The position numbers and the translations under genes are program-made. Shown piece by piece: positions 9,867 to 20,361 of a DNA stretch of 64,000 nt (position 1 is the stretch's first letter; every line of letters starts with the position of its first letter). The notes beneath the pieces were generated by a model. It worked only from the letters and a program-made list of their open reading frames with translations. It was not told where the DNA came from and did no database searches. This stretch comes from Leeuwenhoekiella palythoae (GTDB taxonomy: Bacteria; Bacteroidota; Bacteroidia; Flavobacteriales; Flavobacteriaceae), in assembly GCA_964221315.1 (NCBI GenBank), contig CAXPYI010000003.1, forward strand, positions 226,266 to 290,265. Direction: 5' to 3'.

Positions 9867-11207
9867 ATGAAGAAAACCATTTTTTACTTAACCTGTTTTG
9901 CTATAGCGGCATTAAGCTTAAATAGCTGTAACAAAGATGACGACCAACCTACGACATTAGACACTTCGGATTACTCATCTGATGTTGTTATAGCTTGGAT
10001 CGATTTAACACTTAAATTAACCAAAGAAACACCTGGATTCTCTCCACCTGTTACCGCAAGAGTTTACGGTTATTCTGGACTGGCACTATACGAAAGTGTA
10101 AGACACGGCATGCCTGGATATAACTCTTTGGAAGGGCAATTAACTGAATTTGATTCTGGCACAATTCCTGCCATTGAAGAAGGCAAGGAGTACCATTGGG
10201 GAGCAGTAGCCAACAAAACCCTAAGTGTATTTTTACAAAATTGTTTCCAAACAGCTTCCACTGAGCACCAAACGATGATGAGTGATTTGGAAGCGCAGTA
10301 CGAAGAGGAGTTTAGAAACGAGGCTTCAGATGCTGTAATAGATCGCTCTATTGCATACGGACAAGCGGTCGCCAATGCCATATTAGCTTATGCTGACAGC
10401 GATGGACAATCAGAGTGCTACAATTCTAATTTTCCTTCATCTTATGTTGTTCCTGTTGGCGAGGGTTTGTGGGAGCCTACAAGTGAGGCCAACCCTATTC
10501 CATTACAGCCATATTGGGGAGATGTAAGACCTTTTATGGAAATAAATATAGACAACTTACTTCCTGTACCACCTCCTGCTTATTCAACAGATCCAAGTTC
10601 AGACTTTTATATTGAGGCTATGGAAGTGTATAATGCCGTAGAAAATTTAACTGATGAACAACAAGTGATTGCTGAGTTTTGGAGTGATGACCCAGGAAAT
10701 ACTGCGACTCCTCCAGGGCACTCGTATTCTATAATGATGCAAGTGTTATCTGATGAAGGTGCAGATTTAGCCCTCACCGCAGAGGTATATGCCAAACTTG
10801 GTATAGGAGTACACGATGCATTTATATCTTGTTGGAATGCAAAATACCACTACAATTTAGTGAGGCCAATAACGTTTATTCACGAGTACATAGATAACAC
10901 TTGGGACATTCCTTTGGCAACTCCACCATTCCCTGAATATACTTCGGGTCATTCAGTGCAGTCTGGTGCTACGGCTCAGATATTAACGGATTTGTTTGGC
11001 GACAACTATCCTTTTGTTGACAGAACACACGTAGATCGTACAGACATAGATGGTTCGCCTAGAAGTTTTAATTCTTTTTATGAATTTGCTGACGAGGCTG
11101 CTATAAGCCGACTATATGGAGGTATTCACTATATGTCTGCTATTGATATAGGTGTAGAACAAGGTAAACTGATTGGTGTTAATATAAACACATTACAGTT
11201 TAAATAA
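9867..11207 (+). CDS. Vanadium-dependent haloperoxidase / PAP2 superfamily lipoprotein
   Basis: Lipobox (LNSC); KYHYNLVRP, PEYTSGH, SRLYGGIH active-site motifs. Confidence 0.88.
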   Translation: MKKTIFYLTCFAIAALSLNSCNKDDDQPTTLDTSDYSSDVVIAWIDLTLKLTKETPGFSPPVTARVYGYSGLALYESVRHGMPGYNSLEGQLTEFDSGTIPAIEEGKEYHWGAVANKTLSVFLQNCFQTASTEHQTMMSDLEAQYEEEFRNEASDAVIDRSIAYGQAVANAILAYADSDGQSECYNSNFPSSYVVPVGEGLWEPTSEANPIPLQPYWGDVRPFMEINIDNLLPVPPPAYSTDPSSDFYIEAMEVYNAVENLTDEQQVIAEFWSDDPGNTATPPGHSYSIMMQVLSDEGADLALTAEVYAKLGIGVHDAFISCWNAKYHYNLVRPITFIHEYIDNTWDIPLATPPFPEYTSGHSVQSGATAQILTDLFGDNYPFVDRTHVDRTDIDGSPRSFNSFYEFADEAAISRLYGGIHYMSAIDIGVEQGKLIGVNINTLQFK

Positions 11208-11228
11208 TGAACTAAGATTATAAAAATT

Positions 11229-11268
11229 AAAACAGCAGGTAAATCGATCATTTACCTGCTGTTTTTTT
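11229..11268. terminator. Bidirectional intrinsic terminator
   Basis: AAAACAGCAGGTAAAT / ATTTACCTGCTGTTTT inverted repeat between convergent genes. Confidence 0.85.
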
Positions 11269-11307
11269 TACGATACCACCTTAAGAATTCCAGTTAATGA
11301 CTTGAGA

Positions 11308-12522
11308 TTACTCTTGCAGCAACTTACCAACAAAACTTTCAAACTCTGTTTTAAATTCCTCATACTTTTCACCAGTTGCCGGACCATTAAAACCCGTATG
11401 TATTTTTCTAACTTTACCAGTTTTATCAATAAATATTGATGTTGGGTAAGACAATACATGATTGAGCATTGGTAGTTTTTCCTGAGCCTTAACTTTGCTC
11501 GAAGTACCATATTGCGCCAAAAGTATAGGGTAGGCTATATCCAATCGCTCTCTTAAGCGCTTAATGCTAGCAAATGCTTTTTCTTCGGTTTTGGCATATT
11601 CAAAAGCCAGAGCTATAATCTCAACTCCACGCTCAGCATTGGCTTGGTAATATTTAGTGTAGTATTTGCTCTCGTCCAAACAGTTTGGGCACCAAGTTCC
11701 CATAATCTGCACAATGACAACTTTATTATCAAAACGCTCATCACTAAGTGAAACCATATTGCCATCCTCATCTGGGAATGAGAACTCCAAGCTATCATAA
11801 CCTTCCTTTAAAAAGGTAAGTTCGTTGGAGCTAGGTAGTTCATAATTCTCATTTCGTTTGGCCACAAACGGTTCCTTCCAATGGTTACCCGAATAAAACG
11901 TACCTTCCATAGTTGAATCTGAAACTAAAGCAGTAAACAAAAAAGCATGTGCACCATCAAAGGTTGAGAGTTTCATGGTGTTGCCATCCATAATTCCTTC
12001 GAGATAACGGTAATCACCAGTTGTGGTTCTAAAAGTCCCAGTGACGATATTTCCTTCTTGTTTAAAAACACCTTTTGCGATATACTCATCTCCTCCACTA
12101 TCTTTACTAAAAACAGTTTCCCAATTCCCACTTACATTAAAGGCTGGTCCTGTTCCTGGGTAAAATCGTTTAACGTTTCCATATTCTGCAGTAAAGGGAA
12201 CTACCCTTTCCAAACTCTCCTTAATGAAGCTGCCCTCAAGGTTTTTACCTTCAAATTTAGCAGCAATATAACCCTCAAAAACTGGAGCTTTTATAAAAAC
12301 GGAATCATTTCGGTATTCAATTTCATCAACCTCTATGATTTCCTCTGCATTAAATATTTTGAGCTCGTCTTTGGATGCCACTTCAAAAATAAAAGGCAAT
12401 TTCTCATCATCCTGAACTTCCAAAACTGCCCTATAAGTTCCTAATTCCAAATAACTTTGCGCTTTTTTCTCTTCGCAATTCCACATTACGATCACTAATA
12501 GCGATACCATTAATTTTTTCAT
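11308..12522 (-). CDS. TlpA-family thiol:disulfide oxidoreductase lipoprotein with N-terminal extra domain
   Basis: Lipobox (MWNC), WCPNC in C-terminal thioredoxin fold, YPTSIFID. Confidence 0.88.
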   Translation of the reverse strand: MKKLMVSLLVIVMWNCEEKKAQSYLELGTYRAVLEVQDDEKLPFIFEVASKDELKIFNAEEIIEVDEIEYRNDSVFIKAPVFEGYIAAKFEGKNLEGSFIKESLERVVPFTAEYGNVKRFYPGTGPAFNVSGNWETVFSKDSGGDEYIAKGVFKQEGNIVTGTFRTTTGDYRYLEGIMDGNTMKLSTFDGAHAFLFTALVSDSTMEGTFYSGNHWKEPFVAKRNENYELPSSNELTFLKEGYDSLEFSFPDEDGNMVSLSDERFDNKVVIVQIMGTWCPNCLDESKYYTKYYQANAERGVEIIALAFEYAKTEEKAFASIKRLRERLDIAYPILLAQYGTSSKVKAQEKLPMLNHVLSYPTSIFIDKTGKVRKIHTGFNGPATGEKYEEFKTEFESFVGKLLQE

Positions 12523-12610
12523 TACAACTGGTTTTTGATAAGTTTCGAAATTATAACAATGTGCTTACATAAAAAAACAATGTTCAATTTCATTAACATT
12601 TAAGTATTGC

Positions 12611-12618
12611 TATCTTTG
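12611..12618 (+). promoter_or_regulatory. Bacteroidota sigma-A -7 box for pheT
   Basis: TATCTTTG matches TAnnTTTG, about 20 nt before ATG. Confidence 0.7.
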
Positions 12619-12639
12619 TGGCTTCATTGAATTAAGACT

Positions 12640-15066
12640 ATGAAAATATCATACAACTGGTTAAAACAGTTTATTAAGATAGATTGGGATGCTGAGAAAA
12701 CGGGAGAACTATTAACAGACCTCGGCTTAGAAATTGAAGGGATTGAGCAATACGAATCCGTAAAAGGTGGCTTAAAAGGTATTGTTGTTGGTGAAGTCTT
12801 AACCTGCGAACAACACCCAAACGCAGACCGACTAAAAATTACTACCGTAAATATTGGAGATGATGCTCCTTTACAAATTGTATGTGGAGCACCAAATGTT
12901 GCTAAAGGACAAAAAGTCCCTGTGGCTACTATAGGCACTACTTTGTACACTGCTGAAGGTGAGGCTTGGAAAATTAAAAAAGGTAAGATTCGTGGTGAAG
13001 AAAGTCATGGTATGATTTGCGCTGAAGACGAACTTGGTCTTGGCGAATCTCACGACGGTATCATGGTTTTAGACCCAAAGATAAAAGTGGGTACTGCCGC
13101 AGCAGAAATATTTAATATTGAAAACGATGAAGTCTTTGAAATTGGACTAACTCCTAACCGTGCCGACGCCATGAGTCACTATGGAGTGGCTAGAGACTTA
13201 AAAGCCGGTTTGTTACAAAAGGAAGTGCCCATAGAGCTTATAACACCTTCGGTAATGTCTTATCACGTGGATACGAGATCGCTTAAGATTGATGTGGATG
13301 TGCAGGACAAAGAAAAATGCCCTCGTTATTGTGGTGTTACCATATCTGGAGTTAAGGTTGAAGCTTCACCTAGTTGGTTACAAAATCGTTTAAAATCCAT
13401 TGGCTTATCTCCAATAAACAATATCGTAGATATCACCAATTACGTATTACATGAACTGGGTCAACCTCTACACGCTTTTGATGCCAATAAGATCTCAAAC
13501 AATAAAGTTATAGTTAAAACATGTAAGGCTGGTACAAAATTCACCACCTTAGATGAAGTTGTTAGGGAATTACATGAAGATGACTTAATGATTTGTGATG
13601 GTGAAAAACCAATGTGTATCGCTGGTGTTTTTGGTGGGATAGATTCTGGCGTTACAGAAGGTACCACCAATATTTTCTTGGAGAGCGCTTATTTTGACCC
13701 TGTAAGTGTAAGAAAAACTGCAAAACGCCATGGACTAAATACCGATGCATCCTTTAGGTTTGAAAGAGGTATTGACCCAAATATTACGGAATACGCCCTA
13801 AAACGTGCCGCACTATTGATTACAGAAATTGCAGGTGGTGAAATAACAAGTGATATTTCGGATTCATATCCTAATAAAATAAACGATTTTCAGGTACGTC
13901 TAAGTTTTGAAAATGCAGCAAAGCTTATTGGAGAAGAGATTCCTAGAGAAACCATAAAAAGTATCTTAACTTCTTTAGAAATTAAGGTTAATAATGTTAC
14001 TGAGGCTGGTTTGGGATTAACAGTACCTGCCTACAGAAACGATGTGCAGCGAGAAGCAGACATTATAGAAGAAATTTTAAGGGTTTACGGTTACAATAAT
14101 GTTGGCACAACAGAAAAGTTGAATGCGTCTATCTCTAACTCTTCACGTTTTGAAGATTATAAACTTCAGAATGTTATCGGTAATCAATTGGTCTCTCAAG
14201 GGTTTTATGAAATTATGGCCAACTCACTTACCTCTCCAAAGTATGCTGAATTGAGTGGTGATTTAAACGAGGATCATAACGTGAAGATGTTGAATCCTTT
14301 GAGCAACGACTTGGAAGTAATGCGCCAATCGCTTTTATTTTCTGGATTAGAAGCTGTATCCCACAATATTAACAGAAAACGTAACGATCTTAAATTGTTT
14401 GAATTTGGTAAAACCTATCACCAATTTTCTGATAATAGAGAAGAACATAAGCATTTGTCATTGTTTGGTTCAGGAAACAAAAATGAAGAACGCTGGAACA
14501 CACCAAGCAGTCCGAGTGACTTTTTCTATTTAAAAGGTACGGTTGAAGCTATTCTGCAACGCTTAGGGCTAAACCGTTTAAAATCCGCACCTACCAAATC
14601 TGATGTAATAAGCGAAGGTATGAGCCTGTCAATAGGAAAGAAAAGACTAGTGGATTTTGGATTGGTTAAAAAATCGGTATTGAAGCATTTTGGAATTTCT
14701 CAGCATGTTCTGTTTGCAGATTTTAATTGGGACAATGTCTTGGAAATGGCGCAACACAACAAAATAAAATATGCTGCCATTCCAAAATATCCGGCCGTAA
14801 GACGAGACTTTGCTCTGCTGTTAGATAACTCTGTTACTTTTGAAGACATCCATACTATTGCCAACCAAACTGAAAAGCAATTACTAAAAAATGTGAATTT
14901 GTTTGATGTCTATGAAGGTAAAAATCTACCATCGGGCAAAAAAAGCTATGCGGTGAGTTTTACACTTCAGGATGAAAACAAAACGCTTACCGATAAGCAG
15001 ATTGATAAAATTATGAATAAGCTACAAGCCAATTTTGAGAATAAGCTTGGTGCTGAGTTGCGATAA
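12640..15066 (+). CDS. pheT: Phenylalanine--tRNA ligase beta subunit
   Basis: HPNADRL, CGAPNV, TPNRADAMS, RFERG, FDX-ACB C-terminus; 808 aa. Confidence 0.98.
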   Translation: MKISYNWLKQFIKIDWDAEKTGELLTDLGLEIEGIEQYESVKGGLKGIVVGEVLTCEQHPNADRLKITTVNIGDDAPLQIVCGAPNVAKGQKVPVATIGTTLYTAEGEAWKIKKGKIRGEESHGMICAEDELGLGESHDGIMVLDPKIKVGTAAAEIFNIENDEVFEIGLTPNRADAMSHYGVARDLKAGLLQKEVPIELITPSVMSYHVDTRSLKIDVDVQDKEKCPRYCGVTISGVKVEASPSWLQNRLKSIGLSPINNIVDITNYVLHELGQPLHAFDANKISNNKVIVKTCKAGTKFTTLDEVVRELHEDDLMICDGEKPMCIAGVFGGIDSGVTEGTTNIFLESAYFDPVSVRKTAKRHGLNTDASFRFERGIDPNITEYALKRAALLITEIAGGEITSDISDSYPNKINDFQVRLSFENAAKLIGEEIPRETIKSILTSLEIKVNNVTEAGLGLTVPAYRNDVQREADIIEEILRVYGYNNVGTTEKLNASISNSSRFEDYKLQNVIGNQLVSQGFYEIMANSLTSPKYAELSGDLNEDHNVKMLNPLSNDLEVMRQSLLFSGLEAVSHNINRKRNDLKLFEFGKTYHQFSDNREEHKHLSLFGSGNKNEERWNTPSSPSDFFYLKGTVEAILQRLGLNRLKSAPTKSDVISEGMSLSIGKKRLVDFGLVKKSVLKHFGISQHVLFADFNWDNVLEMAQHNKIKYAAIPKYPAVRRDFALLLDNSVTFEDIHTIANQTEKQLLKNVNLFDVYEGKNLPSGKKSYAVSFTLQDENKTLTDKQIDKIMNKLQANFENKLGAELR

Positions 15067-15084
15067 AAAACGCTCATAAAAATT

Positions 15085-15114
15085 AAGGCCTTAATTAAGT
15101 TTAAGGCCTTTTTT
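15085..15114 (+). terminator. Intrinsic terminator after pheT
   Basis: AAGGCCTTAA / TTAAGGCCTT followed by T-run. Confidence 0.75.
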
Positions 15115-15118
15115 GTAA

Positions 15119-15850
15119 TTACGCTTCAGCAATTTTCTTCTTTTTATGTTTTTTAGGTTTAAACCTTACTTTTAAATTCTTAAATGTTGTTGTGATATAG
15201 ACTAATAATGCATAAAGGAACGCAACAGCCCCAGACATTTCCAACAATTCTTCAAAAGAATACATCATGGCGTAAGTAAAAGTATACTCGGTATGGATTT
15301 CTGCATGCCAACCTCCCAACATTTCCATACCAACGGCACCACCTACATATAAAACACCTGCAATGACAAACAGCTTTAAGACACGTTTTGGTAAGCGCAT
15401 CATGAATTTAAAATAGGCAATCACGATTAATATGGTAACCGCTAAGTAAGGAATAAACCATGCAAAATATAAAAGTCCTGAGGTATTGAATAACGCTTCC
15501 ATTGGAGCGCGAAGTTGTTCATGGATTTGAATCATCTCATCAAATGCCAAAAAGATAAATATGGCGGAGAGCCCTAGCCAGTGCCAAAACCTATCACCCA
15601 GTCTCTTATGGGCAAAACCTATCATTGCCAAGATAAAACCATTGAACATTAAAACCAATGAAGAAAAATATGTCGGTAGATTGGCCTCAAGGTTAAAGTC
15701 GAAAAGTTTAATAAGCAATCTGGTGACTTTATTGTCCATACCTTCGGTATTGAACCTTAAATACACCGCAAAAAGATTCCCTAATAAAAGAAGTAATATT
15801 GTAATAAGTAAAATGCGTAAAATCTTAGATTTTTTCAATTCAAATTTCAT
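15119..15850 (-). CDS. Uncharacterised multi-pass membrane protein
   Basis: About 6-7 hydrophobic segments; start set at MKFELKK. Confidence 0.75.
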   Translation of the reverse strand: MKFELKKSKILRILLITILLLLLGNLFAVYLRFNTEGMDNKVTRLLIKLFDFNLEANLPTYFSSLVLMFNGFILAMIGFAHKRLGDRFWHWLGLSAIFIFLAFDEMIQIHEQLRAPMEALFNTSGLLYFAWFIPYLAVTILIVIAYFKFMMRLPKRVLKLFVIAGVLYVGGAVGMEMLGGWHAEIHTEYTFTYAMMYSFEELLEMSGAVAFLYALLVYITTTFKNLKVRFKPKKHKKKKIAEA

Positions 15851-16121
15851 AAAAAAGAAAATGATAAATAAAGGCAAGTAAGGGAATTTGCCTAACGATT
15901 TTGATTCAATTAATAGCTTTCAATACCGAAGGTAGAATTAAAAAAGTAAAATGATTAAATTACTTATACAAAAAACCTATTCTTTCGATTAAATGTTAAT
16001 TTAACATCACCAAATTGTTAACCAAATCTCTAACGAAATAAAAACAAGAGCAAACATTTGTATTTATTTAGCATATGAAACATTTATAATCTTTAAATTT
16101 ACAGTTTAAAACACAATATTT

Positions 16122-16622
16122 ATGGCAAATGTAACTTTAGGAGGCACTCCTGTAGAAACTATAGGCAACCTACCAGCAGTTGGTAGCAAAGCACCAGATT
16201 TTAAACTGACCGATACCGAATTGAACGACAAAACAAAATCAAATTTTGACGGCTCAAGACTTGTACTAAACATCTTTCCTAGTGTTGATACTGGCACTTG
16301 TGCAAAATCCATTAGAACATTTAACGAAAAAGCAAGTCAATTGGATAACACCAAGGTACTCTGTATTTCTAAGGATTTACCATTTGCTATGGCGCGTTTT
16401 TGTGGAGCTGAAGGCATTGAAAATGTCGTCAGTCTTTCTGACTATAAAACAGGAAAATTTGGTAAAGATTATGGATTAGCATTTAAAACAGGTGCTTTTG
16501 AAACTTTATTATCCCGTTGCATCGTAGTAATAGATACTGACGGTACTATTTTGCATACTGAACAAGTTTCAGAAATTGCTGATGAACCGAATTATGAAGC
16601 AGCGATAAAAAGCTTAGCATAG
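16122..16622 (+). CDS. tpx: Thiol peroxidase Tpx
   Basis: PSVDTGTC peroxidatic Cys, SKDLPFAMARFC. Confidence 0.96.
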   Translation: MANVTLGGTPVETIGNLPAVGSKAPDFKLTDTELNDKTKSNFDGSRLVLNIFPSVDTGTCAKSIRTFNEKASQLDNTKVLCISKDLPFAMARFCGAEGIENVVSLSDYKTGKFGKDYGLAFKTGAFETLLSRCIVVIDTDGTILHTEQVSEIADEPNYEAAIKSLA

Positions 16623-16627
16623 ACTTG

Positions 16628-16993
16628 ATGCAAAAAAAAGAGTCCTTTTTGGTTAATCGGCTTAAAAGTGTTGGCTTTGCCTTTAAGGGTATGCTCATTC
16701 TTATTAAAACAGAGTCGAGTATAAAAATCCAGGTTTTTATCGCTATTGCAGTCACCATTGCTGGTTTTTATTTTAATATATCTACTACAGAATGGATGGT
16801 GCAAATAGCAATGATTGGTTTGGTAATGAGCATTGAAGGTGTTAATACCGCCATTGAGTATATTGCGGATTTTATACATCCTGACCACCACCCTAAAATC
16901 GGACTTATTAAAGATATTTCAGCTGGTGCGGTTTTTATAGCCTCAATCGTTGCCGTCATTATCGCTGGTATTATTTATTTGCCAAAGGTTTAA
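16628..16993 (+). CDS. DgkA-family diacylglycerol/undecaprenol kinase
   Basis: EGVNTAIE, IKDISAGAV; 3 TM segments. Confidence 0.9.
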   Translation: MQKKESFLVNRLKSVGFAFKGMLILIKTESSIKIQVFIAIAVTIAGFYFNISTTEWMVQIAMIGLVMSIEGVNTAIEYIADFIHPDHHPKIGLIKDISAGAVFIASIVAVIIAGIIYLPKV

Positions 16994-17075
16994 ATACATA
17001 CCAAAACAAGAATTGGAAGCGTTACATATTGGTAATATTGCTCCAACTGAATCTTAAACCCTTCAAAGCTTTAAA

Positions 17076-17855
17076 ATGAAATCCCTAATTGCGTCATCCA
17101 TCATTATTCTTTTGTTTTTGAATTGCAATTCCAGAGATAGTAAAATGACGCATACAGAAGTTGTTGAAGTTACAACTGATACAGTAGCTTTAGATACTAT
17201 TAAAAAACAAACACCTTATATCAGCAAAGATTTTGTATTTGGTAAGTTTGATTACAGAACCGACTCAACTTTCACAAAAGTTGGTGACATATATGCTACA
17301 AAGGAGATTTATCTTAAAAATGAAGTTTACAATGCCTTCCTTAAGATGGTGGACTCTGCAAAAAAAGATGGCATACAATTAAAAATAGTTTCAGGAACCC
17401 GTAATTTTGAAGAACAAAAGGGCATTTGGGAGCGCAAATGGAGAAAATACAAAAACCTAGAACCCAAGCAAAGAACATTGAAGATTTTAGAATATAGTGC
17501 CATGCCTAGTTCTTCGAGACACCATTGGGGAACTGATATGGATTTAAATAGTCTAAATAATTCGTATTTTAACAGCGGAAAAGGATTGAAGGAGTATCAA
17601 TGGTTAACTGCAAATGCCAATAGCTTTGGTTTTTATCAGGTTTATACGGATAAAAGTAGTGGCAGAACAGGTTATAATGAAGAAAAATGGCATTGGTCCT
17701 ATTTGCCTTTAGCAAGTAAATATTTAGAGTTTTACAATGCTAATTTAAGTGTTAAAGACATCTCAGGTTTTGAGGGTTCTGAATATGCAGAATCTCTTTT
17801 AATTATTGAGGAGTATGTTAACGGTATTTCGGAAGAGGCAAGAAAATATAAATAG
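17076..17855 (+). CDS. M15B (VanY-like) D-Ala-D-Ala carboxypeptidase lipoprotein
   Basis: Lipobox (FLNC), SRHHWGTDMD and EKWHW zinc motifs. Confidence 0.88.
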   Translation: MKSLIASSIIILLFLNCNSRDSKMTHTEVVEVTTDTVALDTIKKQTPYISKDFVFGKFDYRTDSTFTKVGDIYATKEIYLKNEVYNAFLKMVDSAKKDGIQLKIVSGTRNFEEQKGIWERKWRKYKNLEPKQRTLKILEYSAMPSSSRHHWGTDMDLNSLNNSYFNSGKGLKEYQWLTANANSFGFYQVYTDKSSGRTGYNEEKWHWSYLPLASKYLEFYNANLSVKDISGFEGSEYAESLLIIEEYVNGISEEARKYK

Positions 17856-17887
17856 TAAAATGACTTTCATTGACATGAAAGATATAT

Positions 17888-20290
17888 ATGGCAAAAAAAA
17901 CAACTAAAAAGAAAAACACAACCAAGACAAAGGCAAAGTCAAAAACAACATTCAAAAAGCCTTCGTTAAAATTATCCAATCAGCAAAAACTCATATTCGG
18001 CAGTTTACTGATTATTATTGGTGTTCTACTTTTTATCTCGTTTTTATCATTCATCTTCACTGGGAAAGAAGACCAGAGTGTGCTCAACAATTTTCCAGAA
18101 CGTTCTGACGAATATAAAAACTGGGCAAGTCAATTGGGTGCTTGGGTAAGTGAACTTTTCATCACCAAAGGCTTTGGCATACCGTCATTTATCTTTTCTG
18201 GGCTTATCTTTCTTTCTGGAATTTATGTAACGTTAGACCTAAAAAAAGCCAAACTAAGAAAACATTGGATCTGGGGAACTTTAATCGTTGTCTGGTTATC
18301 TATCTTTTTTGGTTTTTTCACGCATAAATACGACCTATTGGGCGGAACTATAGGTTTTGAAATGAATCATTTCTTTCAAGATTATATCGGAAAAATAGGA
18401 ACCATATTCCTACTTCTCTTTGGACTTATAGCGTATTTGGCATTACGATTTAAGGTTACTGGCGACACCTTTGTTGGCCTCTTTAATCGTGCAAAAAAGG
18501 ATCTTAAAGATTCAACTTCAGAGTTAGAACAAGAAGAGACAACCGTTGCTTTAGATAATAGTTTAACCGAGGAGGCAGAAGCGATAAAATCTGCTTATGA
18601 AATTTCACTAGAGGACAAAAAAACGACAACAAGCCATGCGCCTAAACCAGAAACTAAGCCGGATAAACTTGAAATTGAAGTTGACAACAGTGAAGAAGAA
18701 CCTGAATTAAAAATTGAAGTTGAAACCTCAGAAGAAGAAGCGTCCGAAACTGATAACCTAGCGGACAAGCTTGTTGAGGATTTTGGACAATTCGATCCCA
18801 CTTTAGAACTGAGCAATTACCAATTTCCACCTTTGGATTTATTGAAGAAATATGATAACGAAGGGATTTCTATTGACCAAGAAGAACTTGAGGAAAATAA
18901 AAACCGTATCGTCGAAACCCTCAGCAATTACAAAATAGGCATCAGCAGTATAAAGGCCACTATCGGACCGACTGTTACCCTTTATGAAATTGTACCAGAA
19001 GCAGGTATTCGAATTTCAAAAATTAAAAATCTTGAAGATGATATTGCCCTTTCATTAGCCGCATTGGGCATTAGAATCATCGCACCAATCCCAGGAAAAG
19101 GCACCATAGGTATTGAGGTACCGAATAAAAACTCCACTATAGTTTCCATGCGATCGGTTATTGCATCACAAAAATTTCAGCAATCCAAAATGCAACTGCC
19201 TATTGCTTTTGGTAAAACCATTAGCAACGAAACTTTTGTGGTTGATTTGGCTAAAATGCCACACCTATTAATGGCTGGTGCAACAGGGCAAGGAAAGTCT
19301 GTTGGTTTAAATGCAGTACTAACCTCTTTATTGTACAAAAAGCATCCTGCTGAAGTCAAATTTGTTCTTGTTGATCCTAAAAAAGTAGAATTAACGCTGT
19401 TCAATAAAATAGAGCGTCATTATTTGGCAAAACTTCCAGATAGTGAAGACGCTATTATCACTGACAATACTAAGGTTATCAACACATTGAATTCACTTTG
19501 TATAGAAATGGACAACCGTTACGAAATGCTTAAAAATGCATTTTGTAGAAATATAGCCGAATACAACGCCAAATTTAAGGCTAGAAAATTAAACCCAAAT
19601 GACGGTCATCAATTTTTACCATACATTGTGTTGGTAGTCGATGAGTTTGCTGATTTAATAATGACGGCTGGTAAGGAAGTAGAGACGCCTATTGCAAGAT
19701 TGGCGCAATTGGCTCGTGCAATTGGTATCCATTTAATTATCGCCACACAACGTCCTTCTGTAAATGTAATTACAGGTATAATCAAAGCAAACTTCCCTGC
19801 ACGTATTGCCTTTAGGGTAACAAGTAAGATTGATTCGCGTACCATTTTAGATGGTTCTGGAGCTGATCAGTTGATAGGTCGTGGTGATATGCTCTATACG
19901 CAAGGTAATGATTTAATTCGTTTGCAATGTGCATTTGTTGACACACCAGAAGTAGAGAGAATCACAGAATTTATCGGTTCTCAAAAAGCTTATCCAGATG
20001 CGCACATGCTACCAGAATATGTTGGTGAAGAAGGTGGCACAAATCTTGATATAGATATTTCGGACAGAGACAAACTGTTTAAGGAAGCTGCAGAAATCAT
20101 TGTTACAGCGCAACAAGGTTCAGCATCATTATTGCAACGTAAACTAAAATTAGGTTACAACAGAGCTGGAAGAATTATCGACCAATTGGAAGCCGCAGGC
20201 ATTGTAGGTCCTTTTGAAGGCAGTAAAGCAAGGCAGGTATTAGTAACAGATTTAGTAGCTTTGGACCAATTATTGGAAAACGAAAAATAA
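17888..20290 (+). CDS. ftsK: DNA translocase FtsK
   Basis: N-terminal 4TM, GATGQGKS, VDEFAD, gamma domain LQRKLKLGYNRA. Confidence 0.97.
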   Translation: MAKKTTKKKNTTKTKAKSKTTFKKPSLKLSNQQKLIFGSLLIIIGVLLFISFLSFIFTGKEDQSVLNNFPERSDEYKNWASQLGAWVSELFITKGFGIPSFIFSGLIFLSGIYVTLDLKKAKLRKHWIWGTLIVVWLSIFFGFFTHKYDLLGGTIGFEMNHFFQDYIGKIGTIFLLLFGLIAYLALRFKVTGDTFVGLFNRAKKDLKDSTSELEQEETTVALDNSLTEEAEAIKSAYEISLEDKKTTTSHAPKPETKPDKLEIEVDNSEEEPELKIEVETSEEEASETDNLADKLVEDFGQFDPTLELSNYQFPPLDLLKKYDNEGISIDQEELEENKNRIVETLSNYKIGISSIKATIGPTVTLYEIVPEAGIRISKIKNLEDDIALSLAALGIRIIAPIPGKGTIGIEVPNKNSTIVSMRSVIASQKFQQSKMQLPIAFGKTISNETFVVDLAKMPHLLMAGATGQGKSVGLNAVLTSLLYKKHPAEVKFVLVDPKKVELTLFNKIERHYLAKLPDSEDAIITDNTKVINTLNSLCIEMDNRYEMLKNAFCRNIAEYNAKFKARKLNPNDGHQFLPYIVLVVDEFADLIMTAGKEVETPIARLAQLARAIGIHLIIATQRPSVNVITGIIKANFPARIAFRVTSKIDSRTILDGSGADQLIGRGDMLYTQGNDLIRLQCAFVDTPEVERITEFIGSQKAYPDAHMLPEYVGEEGGTNLDIDISDRDKLFKEAAEIIVTAQQGSASLLQRKLKLGYNRAGRIIDQLEAAGIVGPFEGSKARQVLVTDLVALDQLLENEK

Positions 20291-20361
20291 TAAACATTAG
20301 ATATTAGACCGCTTTGCTGTTAGAAATGAGAACAAAGAAGCATTAAATCTTAAAATTAAAT

